In this document: positions 36,985 through 49,100 of the stretch, in pieces
Layout of the letters: every line of letters begins with the position of its first letter
Position numbering within the stretch: position 1 is the first letter of the stretch
Origin: Parachlamydiales bacterium
GTDB lineage: Bacteria > Chlamydiota > Chlamydiia > Chlamydiales > SM23-39
Assembly (NCBI GenBank): GCA_050302075.1
Contig: JBNLAH010000001.1
Span: 228,157-292,156 of the forward strand
Direction of reading: 5' to 3'
Length of the DNA stretch: 64,000 nt
Program-made: the position numbers and the translations under genes
The notes under the pieces: model-generated
What the model was told of the DNA's origin: nothing
The model's database searches: none
The model's input: only the letters and a program-made list of their open reading frames with translations

Positions 36985-38433
36985 ATGGGACTTTTTAGTT
37001 TTCTTCCGCTTGCACAAGCAGATTCACCGTGTGGACCTGGTAAAATCATTAAACCTCCTGAGGTTCTAAAGTTAGAGGCGTTTGATTTTTCGGACTATCA
37101 TATAGCAACACTAATAATATTTGTCCTGGCTATTTTCCACACTCTGTCTGCTAATAGAATTACTGCATATGCACACAAACTTGATAGGAATCATAAAGCA
37201 AGACTAAAAAAGCTTGGAAAAGACCCAAAAGAAGAGGTCAGCTTTTTGGCTGAGATTACTGTTTTCTTAGGAGAGGTCGAGGTTATATTTGCTCTTTGGA
37301 TTATTCCGCTTTTTCTGTTGACTGTTGGGTTTTATGACTGGAATACAGCACTAGAATATCTCGACTCAAGAGATTTTACAGAGCCTTTATTTGTTGTTGT
37401 GATTATGAGCCTGGCTGGAACAAAACCGATAGTTGAAATGTCTGAAAGGTTTATAAGTTTCTTATCAAAGCTAGTGGGTGGTACCATCTCTTCATGGTGG
37501 TTGATTATTTTAACTATTGGGCCACTTCTAGGGTCATTAGTCACAGAAGCTGGTGCTATGACAATTGCAGCTACTTTGCTCTCTCGTAAATTTTATGAAT
37601 ACAAACCCTCTTTAAGGTTGGCGTATGCAACTTTAGGGCTTTTATTTGTGAATGTTTCGGTAGGGGGAGTTTTGACAAATTTTGCAGCACCACCAGTGCT
37701 TGTGATTGCTAGGTGTTGGGAATGGAGTTCATTTTTTATGTTAACTCAGTTTGGCTGGAAGGTAGTAATAGGAATGTTATTTGCTAATTTATCCTATTGG
37801 TTTATGTTTCGCTCTGAACTTAAATCTATGGAGAAAGAAAAGAAAGCTGTAAACAAAATGACCTTACCAAAACAAAATTCTCATATTCCCTTTTGGATTA
37901 CAATGACACACATTTTTTTTATTTTTTGGATTGTCTTAAACTCACATTATGCAGCAGTTTTTATAGGCAGCTTTTTGATATATCTGGGATTTCACAAAGC
38001 AACTAAGCCCCATCAGTATGCTAATGGAATAAAAAGGCCACTACTTGTAGGACTTTTCTTGGCAGGTCTGATAATTCATGGGGGGCTTCAAGGATGGTGG
38101 ATTGTTCCTTTAATGGAAAAACTAGGCCATACAGCAGTAATGGTAGTCGGTGTTATTTTAACGGCGTTCAATGATAATGCAGCAATTTCTTACTTAACAT
38201 CTTTAATTCCTAACTGGGGTGCAGATTTTAAATACGCAATCATCAGTGGAGTTATTACGGGAGGTGGTCTTACTGTTATTGCAAATGCTCCAAATCCAGC
38301 TGGATTTGTTATTTTAAATAAACACTTCAGTGGAGGAATTTCAGCTGTTCGATTATTCTTGGCTGCAACGTTCCCGACTATTTTATTTTTTATTATGTTT
38401 TACTTACCCTTTCTTTTTGGCTATAGGGGATAG
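36985..38433 (+). CDS. putative Na+/H+ antiporter (DUF1504-like)
   Basis: multi-pass membrane protein; LGEVEV, GGVLT.FAAPPV, DNAA and GGGLTVIANAPNPAG motifs. Confidence 0.8.
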   Translation: MGLFSFLPLAQADSPCGPGKIIKPPEVLKLEAFDFSDYHIATLIIFVLAIFHTLSANRITAYAHKLDRNHKARLKKLGKDPKEEVSFLAEITVFLGEVEVIFALWIIPLFLLTVGFYDWNTALEYLDSRDFTEPLFVVVIMSLAGTKPIVEMSERFISFLSKLVGGTISSWWLIILTIGPLLGSLVTEAGAMTIAATLLSRKFYEYKPSLRLAYATLGLLFVNVSVGGVLTNFAAPPVLVIARCWEWSSFFMLTQFGWKVVIGMLFANLSYWFMFRSELKSMEKEKKAVNKMTLPKQNSHIPFWITMTHIFFIFWIVLNSHYAAVFIGSFLIYLGFHKATKPHQYANGIKRPLLVGLFLAGLIIHGGLQGWWIVPLMEKLGHTAVMVVGVILTAFNDNAAISYLTSLIPNWGADFKYAIISGVITGGGLTVIANAPNPAGFVILNKHFSGGISAVRLFLAATFPTILFFIMFYLPFLFGYRG

Positions 38434-38440
38434 TATTAAA

Positions 38441-38680
38441 TCAATAGAGGTCTTTTAGGAAATTTAAAGCACTTAAAAAAGATGCAAAGTCGTTTTCTTC
38501 AATGTTTTCAAATGCCGCTTTTAAATCTCTAAGGGCGTTTAATTTTTCAATATCTATAGGTGATGAACTTGTAGCTACAAGGTCAAAAAGCTCATGCATT
38601 TTCAGCTTTACCTTATCAGTGCTTTTTTCTAACAAAAGCTCATTTATTAGATTGATAATTTTCTGATCGTCAACGTTCAT
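38441..38680 (-). CDS. small hypothetical protein
   Basis: 79-aa ORF co-oriented with the upstream lipase-like gene. Confidence 0.5.
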   Translation of the reverse strand: MNVDDQKIINLINELLLEKSTDKVKLKMHELFDLVATSSSPIDIEKLNALRDLKAAFENIEENDFASFLSALNFLKDLY

Positions 38681-38715
38681 TTTGAATATAGCTCTTTTTA
38701 TTAAAATACAAAGAG

Positions 38716-40212
38716 CTATGATTTAAGAAAAGGTGATTTGAGCTTTTTCAAATCAGGCATCTTGATTGACTTTGATATTTTGTTAATCGAAATCATTATC
38801 ATTAAGTAAAGTGCCTTATAAAAAAAGAAGGGCACTGAGTAAATACTATGAAAAACAAGCATTACTTTTCTTGCTAGTCTTTTATTTTCAGCAACTGGGT
38901 TTACTCTAAGAAAGATAGTTGGCTCAAATCCATAAGGTTTCATATGAGCAAAATAGAAGTTCCTTTTAACATCTGGAATTACTTTGATCATATCAAGGCA
39001 TGTTGGATGAAAGTTTAACATACTTACAATGTCACTTGGATGTAAAAACGTTTTCCCTCTCATCTTATCAGATAAGTTTCTAGGAAATAGTCCGGCTGGA
39101 TCATATGCGCTAACTTCAGTAGATGAGGGGAAGTCTTTTGCAAAGTGGTATGTCAAAGAACCACCTAAACTATGTCCCAACACTTTTACCTTTTCATTTG
39201 GATACTTAGATTTTGTTTTGGCCATCCAAGCATGTAGTTGTTTTTTCCCGATTTTATATAGAGTTTCTCCTACAGAAAAACCAGGTGTGTAGTCCGTTAA
39301 GCTTGCAAAAAAAGAGCCGTCAGCAGTTGGGTTTGGCGGAGTTCCTCTAAAGATTAGGATCGGTGGAAATCCTTTTTTCTTTGGTGTTAAAGCGAAAGCC
39401 TCAATAGGACCACCTATCCACTTAGGAGCTAGCATAATCTTTTCTATTTCGTATTTGCAAGTTTTTAAGCGTCCATTTTTTCTAACTGGAATTTCTATAA
39501 TCTCGCCTTTGTCTGGTTCTACAAATGAATAAAGACAAAGAATCTGTTCAATTAGTGAATCTACTAAAAAATCATTAGAAAAAGTTTTTTTGCTGAAAAA
39601 TGGCATTCTAAATTCAGGCATCAAACTTGATAAAAAAGAAGTTGAAAATTTGGTGTTAATATTTTTAAGGATATCTTTTAACTCTTCTCGTATTTTTTGA
39701 AATAAGACGGGGTCTTTTCTCCAAAAAATTGCTTTTAAATTATCAATAGAAAAAAGCCCACGGTTCAAAGAAACCGGATGTAGAATAAAATTTAAAAAAT
39801 TTCTTATCGGGTGCTTGTCGATTCCCTTTTTTCCGGCATAAGGATAAAAACCTTCATTCTCGATATGGAAAATAACATCTTCCAAATTTTTAAGAACTTT
39901 TCTAGCACAGTTACAGATTAATAAATCAGATCTTGAGACTTCAGCATTAAATAAAGCCTGATCTAAAATAGACTTCCAATGTCTAGAAATTATCGCATGA
40001 TACTTTGAATCATACTTTTGTAGTAAAAATTCTTTGAATAGGTTTTCTATTTTTTGAATAATATTAGCTTCTTCTGCTTTTTGACCTTTTTTATCGCTGG
40101 TAGATTCCAATAAATCGGAAGTGATTCTAGAAGCACTTTTCCTATAAATCAGAGAATCGATAGTTAAATCTTTTATATTAATTGAGGAGTTTCTTGAAAA
40201 AATAGAACTCAT
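38716..40212 (-). CDS. lipase class 3-like alpha/beta hydrolase
   Basis: IFRGT and GHSLGG nucleophile elbow. Confidence 0.75.
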   Translation of the reverse strand: MSSIFSRNSSINIKDLTIDSLIYRKSASRITSDLLESTSDKKGQKAEEANIIQKIENLFKEFLLQKYDSKYHAIISRHWKSILDQALFNAEVSRSDLLICNCARKVLKNLEDVIFHIENEGFYPYAGKKGIDKHPIRNFLNFILHPVSLNRGLFSIDNLKAIFWRKDPVLFQKIREELKDILKNINTKFSTSFLSSLMPEFRMPFFSKKTFSNDFLVDSLIEQILCLYSFVEPDKGEIIEIPVRKNGRLKTCKYEIEKIMLAPKWIGGPIEAFALTPKKKGFPPILIFRGTPPNPTADGSFFASLTDYTPGFSVGETLYKIGKKQLHAWMAKTKSKYPNEKVKVLGHSLGGSLTYHFAKDFPSSTEVSAYDPAGLFPRNLSDKMRGKTFLHPSDIVSMLNFHPTCLDMIKVIPDVKRNFYFAHMKPYGFEPTIFLRVNPVAENKRLARKVMLVFHSIYSVPFFFYKALYLMIMISINKISKSIKMPDLKKLKSPFLKS

Positions 40213-40324
40213 ACTTAAAAACAGTTTTATATATTTACTGCAGTATTTTATGTCGAATTTAATTAAAAAGCTACTTTAATTTTGCTAAAAAAGTTTAAAA
40301 AAATCTTAGATTTTTTTTTAGATT

Positions 40325-41734
40325 CTAGATACATTCCCAACCACCACCTAATGACTTATACAGTGATATCAGGTCGTTAATTAAATTTTTCTTTGAGTCT
40401 ATGTATATTTTTTGAATTTCAATAAACTCGTTTTCAACTATTAAATACCTTTGGTGGTCTTCTAGGCCTGATTTCAAAAGCTCATAATTTAGCTCGAACA
40501 CTTTTTTTGTTGAATTAAGCTCCTTTAAATTTTCTTTTAAAATATCGTTTTCATAGAAGAAAGTTACAAGAGCATTTTCAACATCTTCTAATGCTAGAAT
40601 AATAGCATTCTCATAGGCCAAGAGCGCTTGTTTTTGTTTGTATTTTTTAGCCTTTACCTGAGCTCTAAATTTGCCAAAAGCAAAAATATTCCAATCTATT
40701 TTTGGTCCAATATACCAAGTTCTAGAGCTCCATTGAAACCATCTGCTTGCTTGATTTGTCAGGTACGAGAAATTTCCTGTAAGTGAGAATTTTGGAAAAA
40801 GATCCGCAACAGCTACTCCAATATCAGCAGTTGCTTTAGCAAAATCTCTTTCAGATTTTCTAATGTCGGGTCTTCTTCTCAATAAATCAGATGGGATGCC
40901 GACTGAGACCATTTTATCGACTATTGGCAGTTCATAATCATCTGAAATAGTTAGGGCAAACTTTTCAGGTTGATATCCTAATAAGACAGCAAGTCTATTA
41001 AAAACTTGTTTCGCACTTTTTTCTAAGTCAATAAGCTCTTTTTCTTTTCTTGCAAGCTCTGCTATCTCATTTTCTACTTCAATTAAGCTGACTAGCCCAG
41101 CTTTTTCTTTTCGTTCTATTAATTTGACAATTTTCTTTTGGTTTTCAACAATTTTTTTAGTGCAGTCTATTAGTTTGTTTGTGCTTATATATTGTATATA
41201 GTTTCTTGCAACATCACTAAGCAAAGTAATTAATACATCCCGCATACTTTCTTGATCTGACTGCAGCTCGTAAAATGCAGATTCTTTTCCCCGTCTTAAC
41301 CCCCCAAAAACATCCACTTCCCATAGTGCATCAAATCCAGCTAGATAAAAATTTTGGACTGGAGGACCAAAAAAAGGTGCTTCAGAAATATTTTGGCTAA
41401 TTCTAGCTCGAATTTGCCTAGCAGATGCAGTAATCTCAGGGTATAATTTTGCACTCTCAAATTTATAAAGAGCTCTAGTTTCTTCTATTCTTTCAAGGGC
41501 AATAGCAAGATCATAATTATTTTCTATCGCTTCTGAGATCAATTCATTTAATTTTGGGTCGTTAAATTTTTCCCACCAGTTTTTTAAGTTTGCTGGTTTA
41601 TTGTTTGAGTTACTTTGAGAATCATACTTTTTTGAAAAAGCTACCTTAGGCTGTTTGTAGTCAGGTCCAACAGCACATGAGGTAATTAAATATGCGATAA
41701 GTAAAGAAGTTGATAATAACTTAGATTTCTTCAA
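40325..41734 (-). CDS. efflux transporter outer-membrane lipoprotein (NodT/OprM family)
   Basis: lipobox TSCAVGPDY; WW..FNDP.L, LLRRRPDIR..E and LYKSLGGGW motifs. Confidence 0.92.
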   Translation of the reverse strand: MKKSKLLSTSLLIAYLITSCAVGPDYKQPKVAFSKKYDSQSNSNNKPANLKNWWEKFNDPKLNELISEAIENNYDLAIALERIEETRALYKFESAKLYPEITASARQIRARISQNISEAPFFGPPVQNFYLAGFDALWEVDVFGGLRRGKESAFYELQSDQESMRDVLITLLSDVARNYIQYISTNKLIDCTKKIVENQKKIVKLIERKEKAGLVSLIEVENEIAELARKEKELIDLEKSAKQVFNRLAVLLGYQPEKFALTISDDYELPIVDKMVSVGIPSDLLRRRPDIRKSERDFAKATADIGVAVADLFPKFSLTGNFSYLTNQASRWFQWSSRTWYIGPKIDWNIFAFGKFRAQVKAKKYKQKQALLAYENAIILALEDVENALVTFFYENDILKENLKELNSTKKVFELNYELLKSGLEDHQRYLIVENEFIEIQKIYIDSKKNLINDLISLYKSLGGGWECI

Positions 41735-41847
41735 TTTAGTTACCTAATGGGCTTTTTTAATCCGCTGCCTTTAGCCTCACAATAAGAGGGCTGTTTTCTT
41801 TAATCAATTATTTTGTTAATAAAAAAATAAAACCTCAAATAAAGCTT

Positions 41848-42552
41848 ATGGCTAAAAATTACTTAATATTAGGTGCTAGTTCTGGCATGGGGCTAGCTCT
41901 TACTAAATGCTTATTGGCAGATGCGGATAAGATTTTTGCTATGTGTAGAAGTAAAGAAAATATTCCAAGTGATCAAAAGATCAGCTTTTTTGAATTAAAT
42001 ATAGAAGATAAAGAACCAAGCTTTCCACAAATAGACGATCCAATTCATGGTTTGGCCTACTTCCCTGGTAGTATTGATCTAAAACCATTCTCATCTTTGC
42101 ACTTGGAAGACTTTGTTAGAGACATGGAAATTAATCTTTATGGCGCAGTAAAAACCATACAGGCTTATCTTCAAAATTTAAAAAAGGCAGAGAAAAGCTC
42201 AATTCTTTTAGTCAGTACAGTCGCTGTTAAGGTAGGGATGCCGTTTCATGCGTCTATCAGCGCAGCTAAAGGAGCCATTGAAGGATTAGGAAGATCTCTA
42301 GCAGCAGAGCTTGCTCCTGCAATCCGTGTAAATATTGTAGCACCATCCATTACAGAAACAAGGATGTCAAAAAGTCTCATTAAAGATGAGAACAAGAAGC
42401 AAACATTTGCTAAAAGACATCCAATGCAATCAGTTGGAAGCCCGGAAGATATAGCCAAGATGGCTAGTTTTCTACTTTCTGATAACTCAAAGTGGATTAC
42501 AGGTCAGACAATCCACGTTGATGGCGGATTGTCATCTCTTCGGCTTTTTTGA
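41848..42552 (+). CDS. SDR family oxidoreductase
   Basis: GASSGMG, AKGAIEG and ITGQ.I.VDGG motifs. Confidence 0.9.
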   Translation: MAKNYLILGASSGMGLALTKCLLADADKIFAMCRSKENIPSDQKISFFELNIEDKEPSFPQIDDPIHGLAYFPGSIDLKPFSSLHLEDFVRDMEINLYGAVKTIQAYLQNLKKAEKSSILLVSTVAVKVGMPFHASISAAKGAIEGLGRSLAAELAPAIRVNIVAPSITETRMSKSLIKDENKKQTFAKRHPMQSVGSPEDIAKMASFLLSDNSKWITGQTIHVDGGLSSLRLF

Positions 42553-42600
42553 ATACTATTGTTTCAAATTTTTTAAACAGTAAACTTTGCTATGACCATT

Positions 42601-43161
42601 CTATGGTGTTTCACAGCAATCTTCTGAATCAAATTCAGCTGGAACTTTTTCAAAGATAGCTTTTTTGCTTAATTTAACATTAAGTTTATGTGGTTCTGAT
42701 GAAATTTGTCTTGCTACTGATGTAGTTTTTTCCTGAACAGATAAGTTACTCTTTTGAATAGGCAACATGTGAACTTGTAATGGGCGAGGTTCAGAGACAG
42801 CCTGACTTATATGTCTATTCAAATACTTAGAACTAAGAGTTTTTGGAATCATTATTAGTTCTTGTATTACTGTTCTACGAGTCTGCATTCTCTGTCTTGA
42901 AGTAGGGCGAGTAAAAAAATGTGTTTTAAAATTTCCCAAATCAATCAAATGACTCTCTGTATGACCTGTCGGAAGAAAAGGAGGTGATGGTGGTCTTTTT
43001 TCAGGAATTGGTGGAGTATCTCTACTATCTAGATCTGAAGCAATTGCAGCTAAAGCAGTCGATTGAACTTTTGATGGGGCTAATGGATCTAAAAATGAAG
43101 CTTGTGGAGAGTCATAAAAAACTCCTATATTTCCAGCTGAGTAAACAGACATAATAAACAC
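42601..43161 (-). CDS. Pro/Ser-rich hypothetical protein
   Basis: 186-aa low-complexity ORF. Confidence 0.5.
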   Translation of the reverse strand: MFIMSVYSAGNIGVFYDSPQASFLDPLAPSKVQSTALAAIASDLDSRDTPPIPEKRPPSPPFLPTGHTESHLIDLGNFKTHFFTRPTSRQRMQTRRTVIQELIMIPKTLSSKYLNRHISQAVSEPRPLQVHMLPIQKSNLSVQEKTTSVARQISSEPHKLNVKLSKKAIFEKVPAEFDSEDCCETP

Positions 43162-43434
43162 CTTAATTAACTTAACTTGAACAATTTAGCATAAGGAATA
43201 AATAAAAACAATTAAACTAATAGTTGATAACTATTAAATAATTTAATAAACTTTTCTGTTTTTTTAGTAAATTATTGTTTTTCGTAGAAAGAGTAATAAA
43301 TCTGTAAACTTTATCATTATGATCTTAGCTCTAGCAATAGTTCATTGGTCTCTTATTAATAATAAAAATAAGTAAGAATTTAGCAAAAAATCTAACTTTA
43401 GGATTTATTCTTTTCTGTGATATAGAAAAAAATA

Positions 43435-44679
43435 ATGAAGCAAGAAAAATCCAGATTAGCTCTTTTTGTTATTTTATGTGTGGTCTTTATTGATTATTTC
43501 AGTATTGGAGTTGTTTATCCATTATTTAGCTCTTTGCTTTTTACTGAAGGATCTTTTTTTCTTCCTGAAGATACGTCAAATACGGTTAAGGGGCTTTATT
43601 TAGGAATTTTACTTGGTACAGAACCAATCTTTCACTTTTTGAGTACGCCAATTTTTGGGGCCGTTTCTGATCAATATGGTAGAAAAAAAATCATTTTAAT
43701 GAGTCTAAGCATTGGTATACTTGGATACATCATTGCAGTTTTTGCTATAGCTTTTAAAAGTCTAATTTTTCTCATCTTCTCTAGAATGTTTATTGGGATT
43801 GGTTGTGGAAACTCGTCTGTAGTTCAGGCAGCTATTGCAGACATGAGTAAAAAAGAGGAAAAATCAAAGAATTTTGGACTTTATAACATGGCCCTTGGGA
43901 TTGGTTTTACTGTTGGGCCATTTCTAGGCGGACTGTTAACAAATAAAAATTTAATCTATTTTGCAAGTTACAATCTTCCTTTTTTATTTGCTCTAGTTTT
44001 CATAACAATTAACTTGTTATTGGTTAAATTGATATTTAAAGAAACTTTCACTCCTATTAAGAAAAAAGAAAAATTTGATATTTTGCTTGGATTTAAAGTT
44101 TTGAAAAAAGGTTTTTTTATGAAAGACCTTAGATGGCTTTTTGTTTGCGCCTTTATTTTTGTTTTCGGGTTTTCATTTTTTTTTGAATTTATATCTGTCT
44201 ACTTAATCAAGTATTTTGATTTCAATTCTTCAGATCTCGGAATGTATTATGGGTTTGCTTCTGGTGTTTACGCGATTAGTAGCGGTTTTTTGATTCGACC
44301 GGTTGTGAATAAATTTTCGCCTAATAACGTTTTTTTCTGGGCTCTTATTGCAGCGGGCATTGGTTTTTTTCTTGCAACTTTGATTGAAACTGTTGGAATT
44401 CTATATTTTTATATTGCAATAGTTGAATTTTGCATAGCTCTTCTTTTTCCAACAATATCTACGTTAATATCCAATAAAGTAGGAGAGGAAGTTCAAGGAG
44501 AGACTTTAGGAATTTTACAAGCAACAACTGCTTTTGGATTTGGTGCATCCCCACTTTTCTCGGGTACTATAGTTGGGCTATATCCAATTATGCCGATTAT
44601 AATGGGAGGGGCATGCATGTTATTGGCTGCTTTTATTTTTAAGAAAATCCATTTTAGAAAAGCAAAGCTACACAGTTAA
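43435..44679 (+). CDS. MFS transporter, TetA/DHA1-like
   Basis: GAVSDQYGRK motif A and GF.VGPFLGG motif C; about 12 TM segments. Confidence 0.9.
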   Translation: MKQEKSRLALFVILCVVFIDYFSIGVVYPLFSSLLFTEGSFFLPEDTSNTVKGLYLGILLGTEPIFHFLSTPIFGAVSDQYGRKKIILMSLSIGILGYIIAVFAIAFKSLIFLIFSRMFIGIGCGNSSVVQAAIADMSKKEEKSKNFGLYNMALGIGFTVGPFLGGLLTNKNLIYFASYNLPFLFALVFITINLLLVKLIFKETFTPIKKKEKFDILLGFKVLKKGFFMKDLRWLFVCAFIFVFGFSFFFEFISVYLIKYFDFNSSDLGMYYGFASGVYAISSGFLIRPVVNKFSPNNVFFWALIAAGIGFFLATLIETVGILYFYIAIVEFCIALLFPTISTLISNKVGEEVQGETLGILQATTAFGFGASPLFSGTIVGLYPIMPIIMGGACMLLAAFIFKKIHFRKAKLHS

Positions 44680-45528
44680 GCTCTCTAAGTATTTTCCATA
44701 ACTATTATTATATTTCTTAGAGAATCTAACTAGATCTTCTTTTCCTATCCAACCATTTAAAAAGGCTATTTCTTCGATACAAGCAATTTTAAAACCCTGC
44801 CTCTCTTCGATTGTGTGAATGAACTCACTGGCACTTAAAAGTGATTCGTGAGTACCAGCATCTAGCCATGCAACGCCTCTACCTAAGAGAAAAACATCAA
44901 GGTCATTATTTTGAAGGTAAAGACGGTTAATGTCAGAAATTTCAAGCTCACCTCTATCAGAAGGAGTTAAATTTTTTGCATAATCAATTGATTTATGGTC
45001 ATAAAAATAAAGTCCTGTTACAGCAATATTTGAAGTCGGATTTGAGGGTTTTTCTATTAAAGATATCGGCTTTTTTTGATGATCTAAAGTAACAACTCCA
45101 TATCTATTTGCTTTTGTTACTCTATAGCCGAAAATTTTAGCTCCGTATGGACTATTTTTTGCTTCTTTTAAAAGCTGCATTAAACCTTGTCCATGAAAAA
45201 GATTATCACCAAGTATTAATGCATATTGGTCATCTTGAACAAAATGCTCTCCAATTAAAAGAGCCTCTGCAATGCCATTAGGCTTGTCTTGGCTAGCATA
45301 CCGGATATTCATTCCTAAATATGAGCCATTTTGAAAGAGACTTTCAAAAAGAGGCATGCTATCAGTTGTTGAAATTATGAGAACATCCTTAATCCCGGCC
45401 AACATTAATACAGACAAGGGATAGTAGATCATTGGCTTATCGTATATTGGCAAGAGCTGTTTTGAAACGCTTAAAGTTACTGGAAAAAGTCTACTTCCAG
45501 TGCCTCCAGCTAGGATAATGCCTTTCAT
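44668..45528 (-). CDS. rfbA: glucose-1-phosphate thymidylyltransferase
   Basis: GIILAGGTGSRL.P.T, SKQLLPIYDKPM, RGELEI and WLDAGT motifs. Confidence 0.96.
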   Translation of the reverse strand: MKGIILAGGTGSRLFPVTLSVSKQLLPIYDKPMIYYPLSVLMLAGIKDVLIISTTDSMPLFESLFQNGSYLGMNIRYASQDKPNGIAEALLIGEHFVQDDQYALILGDNLFHGQGLMQLLKEAKNSPYGAKIFGYRVTKANRYGVVTLDHQKKPISLIEKPSNPTSNIAVTGLYFYDHKSIDYAKNLTPSDRGELEISDINRLYLQNNDLDVFLLGRGVAWLDAGTHESLLSASEFIHTIEERQGFKIACIEEIAFLNGWIGKEDLVRFSKKYNNSYGKYLESLTV

Positions 45529-45992
45529 TTTGTTTTATTTATGTTTTTAACATAAATTAAATGATCTAAGGTTTTTAACCCACCAAGAATTAGTTGCATT
45601 CTTTTAGCATCTTCATATGTTACCCATTTGGCTTCTGTATGCTCGCTCAAGTTCAATTCAATTTTTGGTAGAGCCTCAAATGAGAAGGAAAATAAATGCA
45701 TAATAAACTCTGAGTCATGTCTTTGAATATATAGCTTTCCATGTTCTTCAGTTAATGAAGGCGTTAATTCAATACCAACTTCTTCATAAACCTCTCTTAT
45801 GACCCCTTCCTTATAAGTTTCTCCTTTTTCTAGTTTACCACCGGGTAAACACCATTTCCCCCCCTGGGTAGTTTTAGGGTGTCTTTTCACTAATAAAAAA
45901 TAATTGTTTGATTCAATGAAACAAGTTACAACATTTTTATCAGATGTAAAATCATTCGGTTTAGTTGGACTTGCAAAAAACTTTTCTTCCAT
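45525..45992 (-). CDS. NUDIX hydrolase
   Basis: GGKLEKGE.....IREVYEEVG Nudix box. Confidence 0.9.
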   Translation of the reverse strand: MEEKFFASPTKPNDFTSDKNVVTCFIESNNYFLLVKRHPKTTQGGKWCLPGGKLEKGETYKEGVIREVYEEVGIELTPSLTEEHGKLYIQRHDSEFIMHLFSFSFEALPKIELNLSEHTEAKWVTYEDAKRMQLILGGLKTLDHLIYVKNINKTK

Positions 45993-46117
45993 TGGGTTTT
46001 CTCCAGTAAGTTCTCTAAATAAGATGATAAAAAAAAGATCATTCTTTAACCATGTTTTAATAATTTGTTTACAGTAGTTAATTATTTTCTTGATGGAAAT
46101 TGCGCTAAAGTGGCAAG

Positions 46118-49100
46118 TTGGCTAAACGCAAAATATTTATTATAATAATGAAAGATTCTTTAACTTTAGAGAGTGATGCGAAAGATAGTATAATTATCCA
46201 TGGGCCTAAGATAGATAATTACCATGAAAGTCGCATAAAAAGGCTATCTGAGGTATTTCTTTTCAATAAAGACATAGCAAATGAGATCAAATCACCATGG
46301 ATCCGATGGAAGATTGGTCAAAAAGCTCCAACATATGCATTTTTGTGTATAGTCACTCCATTCAAAGATGAACTTTCAACCTTTTGTGAAGAGACCCTCA
46401 AGCATCATCTTTTCTACGATAAAAAAATCCCGATAGTTTTTACGAATAATTTGTATTTTTCTTTTAAATCAAGACCTTATGAAGTGCTTGAATTTAAGGA
46501 AATCTGCTTGAAGGTTGATCAAGAAGAGCATCTTCATAATTTAAAGAAAAATAAATCAAAAATATCCAAAGACATATCCTCTGGTCTGCGTTTTCCCAAT
46601 TACGTAAATGAATTTTTGAAACTAAACCGATCTCAAGTTAATTTAAATACTCCACTATTATATGAGATAATTAATAATCTACTTATCAAATTTCCCAGTA
46701 AAATAGATAAACAGATTTTCAGCGACTTACAGCATTTTTTAATTTTTGCTACAGACTCTTTTACAAAACAGCATTCTTTACAACATGTCTTAAAAGTTAT
46801 TTTAGCATATTACTTCTTTAAAAAAGAAATCGAGCATAAATCAAAAGCCTATCCTAACCAAAGGCACATAAAAATTAAAATATCAAACACAAAGCTTTAT
46901 TATCCTTTTGGGCATAAGGATGTACTTGGGATTTTTTTGGCTTTAAACATTAAAACTGACAAGGAAAGATTTGGTAAAAAACATATTGTAATGATACTTG
47001 ATCAAGTTCTTAACAATTACTCTTTTATAGATAGCTCGTTTTTTATTTTCCAAGTCGGGAGTCTTAGTTTCTTATATCTAGAGCTTAAGAAAAAAGACAA
47101 TAGAAAACATCAGAGCCTAAAAGGGATTGTCGAAACATTATCACATGAGATAAAAAACTCAATTGAAATGATAAGTTCGAGAGTCATCTCGTATCGTAAT
47201 GAAGAAGAAATATATAGAAATATTATTCTGCTTAAAGATCAGCTTCAATATAGAGAAGATCTTCCTCAAGTGGTTATTTCTTTTCATGAGCATTTTGGAG
47301 AAACTCTAAAGTTTCATGTTATTATATTGAGGTTGGTAAAGAAGAAAAAGCCATACATTAAAAAAAATATAGAGTTGTTCTCGAAGGCGTCAATATACAT
47401 AGAGAAAACCATTCAACTAGAACCTTTAGATGAGGATTACACAAAAGAGGCTACAGTAGTAATAATATCTTTTTCATCATCAAACTTTATAAGAAAAGAT
47501 CATTCCATAGATCTTTTAAAAGCTAGGAATTTTGCAAGTGAATGTGTAGTTGAAATAGTAGGGGAGTTTAGGGACTTTAATGGTGGTTATATAGATAAGC
47601 AGAGGAAAAATTTTTATCAAGTAAAGCAGCTGCTAGGTAAAGTTGGTTCTAAAAATGAAGTGTATATCGAAAATCTATTCTATTCACTAGTTCCTGTTAC
47701 TGTGCAGGCTCTATTTTCTCCAAATAATCTAAGAAGTCTATTTTTGATTTTTTTAAAGAGTTTATCAATGGAAGTTCCATCTGGTAAAAATTTCATATCC
47801 TTAGTGGAACAAAATGATGAAAGCGTTTATTTTTTCGTTAAATCTAAAGATATCAATTTAAAAGATGCTTTTTTGCCTTTAGAAGAAGAAAACTTTTTTG
47901 ATCCGTTTAACTTTGCATCAACTTCTATTGAAATAGACTCTTATTTATATTTAGGCTTTATTTTTTTACATCCAGAGAATCCAAGGGATTTTATAGCCAA
48001 AATTTACAAAATAATAAGAAAGTACTTCCAATCTAAGAAAGCAGAACAGTCACTTTGTATCAACTTGCCTAGACCAGGCTGCTCTTTAGATCCTAGGGTA
48101 GATGGTGATAGACACTCCGGCGTTTTAATTAAAATGCTATATGAGGGCCTTACACGAATAGGGTTTGATGGCAAGCCTCAGCTAGCATTGGCTGAGAAAG
48201 TAACGATATCAGAAAATAAAAAAACCTATGTCTTTCACTTAAAAAAAGCTTATTGGTCAAACAAAATTCGCATTACAGCCCATGATTTTGAGTATGCATG
48301 GAAAAAAATTTTAGATCCAAATATTCAAAAAAACCATGCATTCATGTTTTTTTCAATCAAGAATGCAGAAGCTATAAAAAATGGTAAAAAAAGTTTTAAT
48401 GAGCTTGGCATTCATGTAGTTGATGAAAAAACCCTAAGAATTGATCTTGAATATCCAATGCCTTACTTTCTTTTCCTAACAGCTCATTGGATCTATTCTC
48501 CTTTATGCAAAAACGTATGCCAAGTAGATCCTGGATGGGCATACTTTGGTGAAAATGAGTATGTATGTAATGGCCCATTTAAAATAGACACATGGGAACG
48601 TGATAAAGAAATAATTTTGGCTAAAAATCAGAATTACTGGGATGTTGATTCCGTCAAACTTAATCGAATCAAGGCAGTTAACGTAGAAGATGAAGAGCTT
48701 TTACTTTCTATGTTTGACAAAGGGAAAATTCATTGGCTAGGAGAGCCTCTTTCTCTAGTTCCTTCCAAGATCTTGAATTCAAAAGACTGCCAAAAAGTAA
48801 TTAAAACTCATCAAACATCTGCATTATTTTGGTTGATGTTAAACGTAAAAAGTTATCCAGTTAGATCTAAATTTATTCGGCAGGCATTAGCATATAGTCT
48901 TAATCGAAGTCAAATAGTTGAAAAAATATTAGGGAAAAAAGCTTCTGTCGCAACCCAGATTTCAAATGACTATGAATTTAATTCGAATCAAAATTCTTTT
49001 AAAGATGCTGACTATGAGAGTGCTGATAAGTGTTTTAACTTAGGACTTAAAGAAATGAATCTGAGTAGGAATGATTTTCCTAGTATAACTCTTTCCTTTA

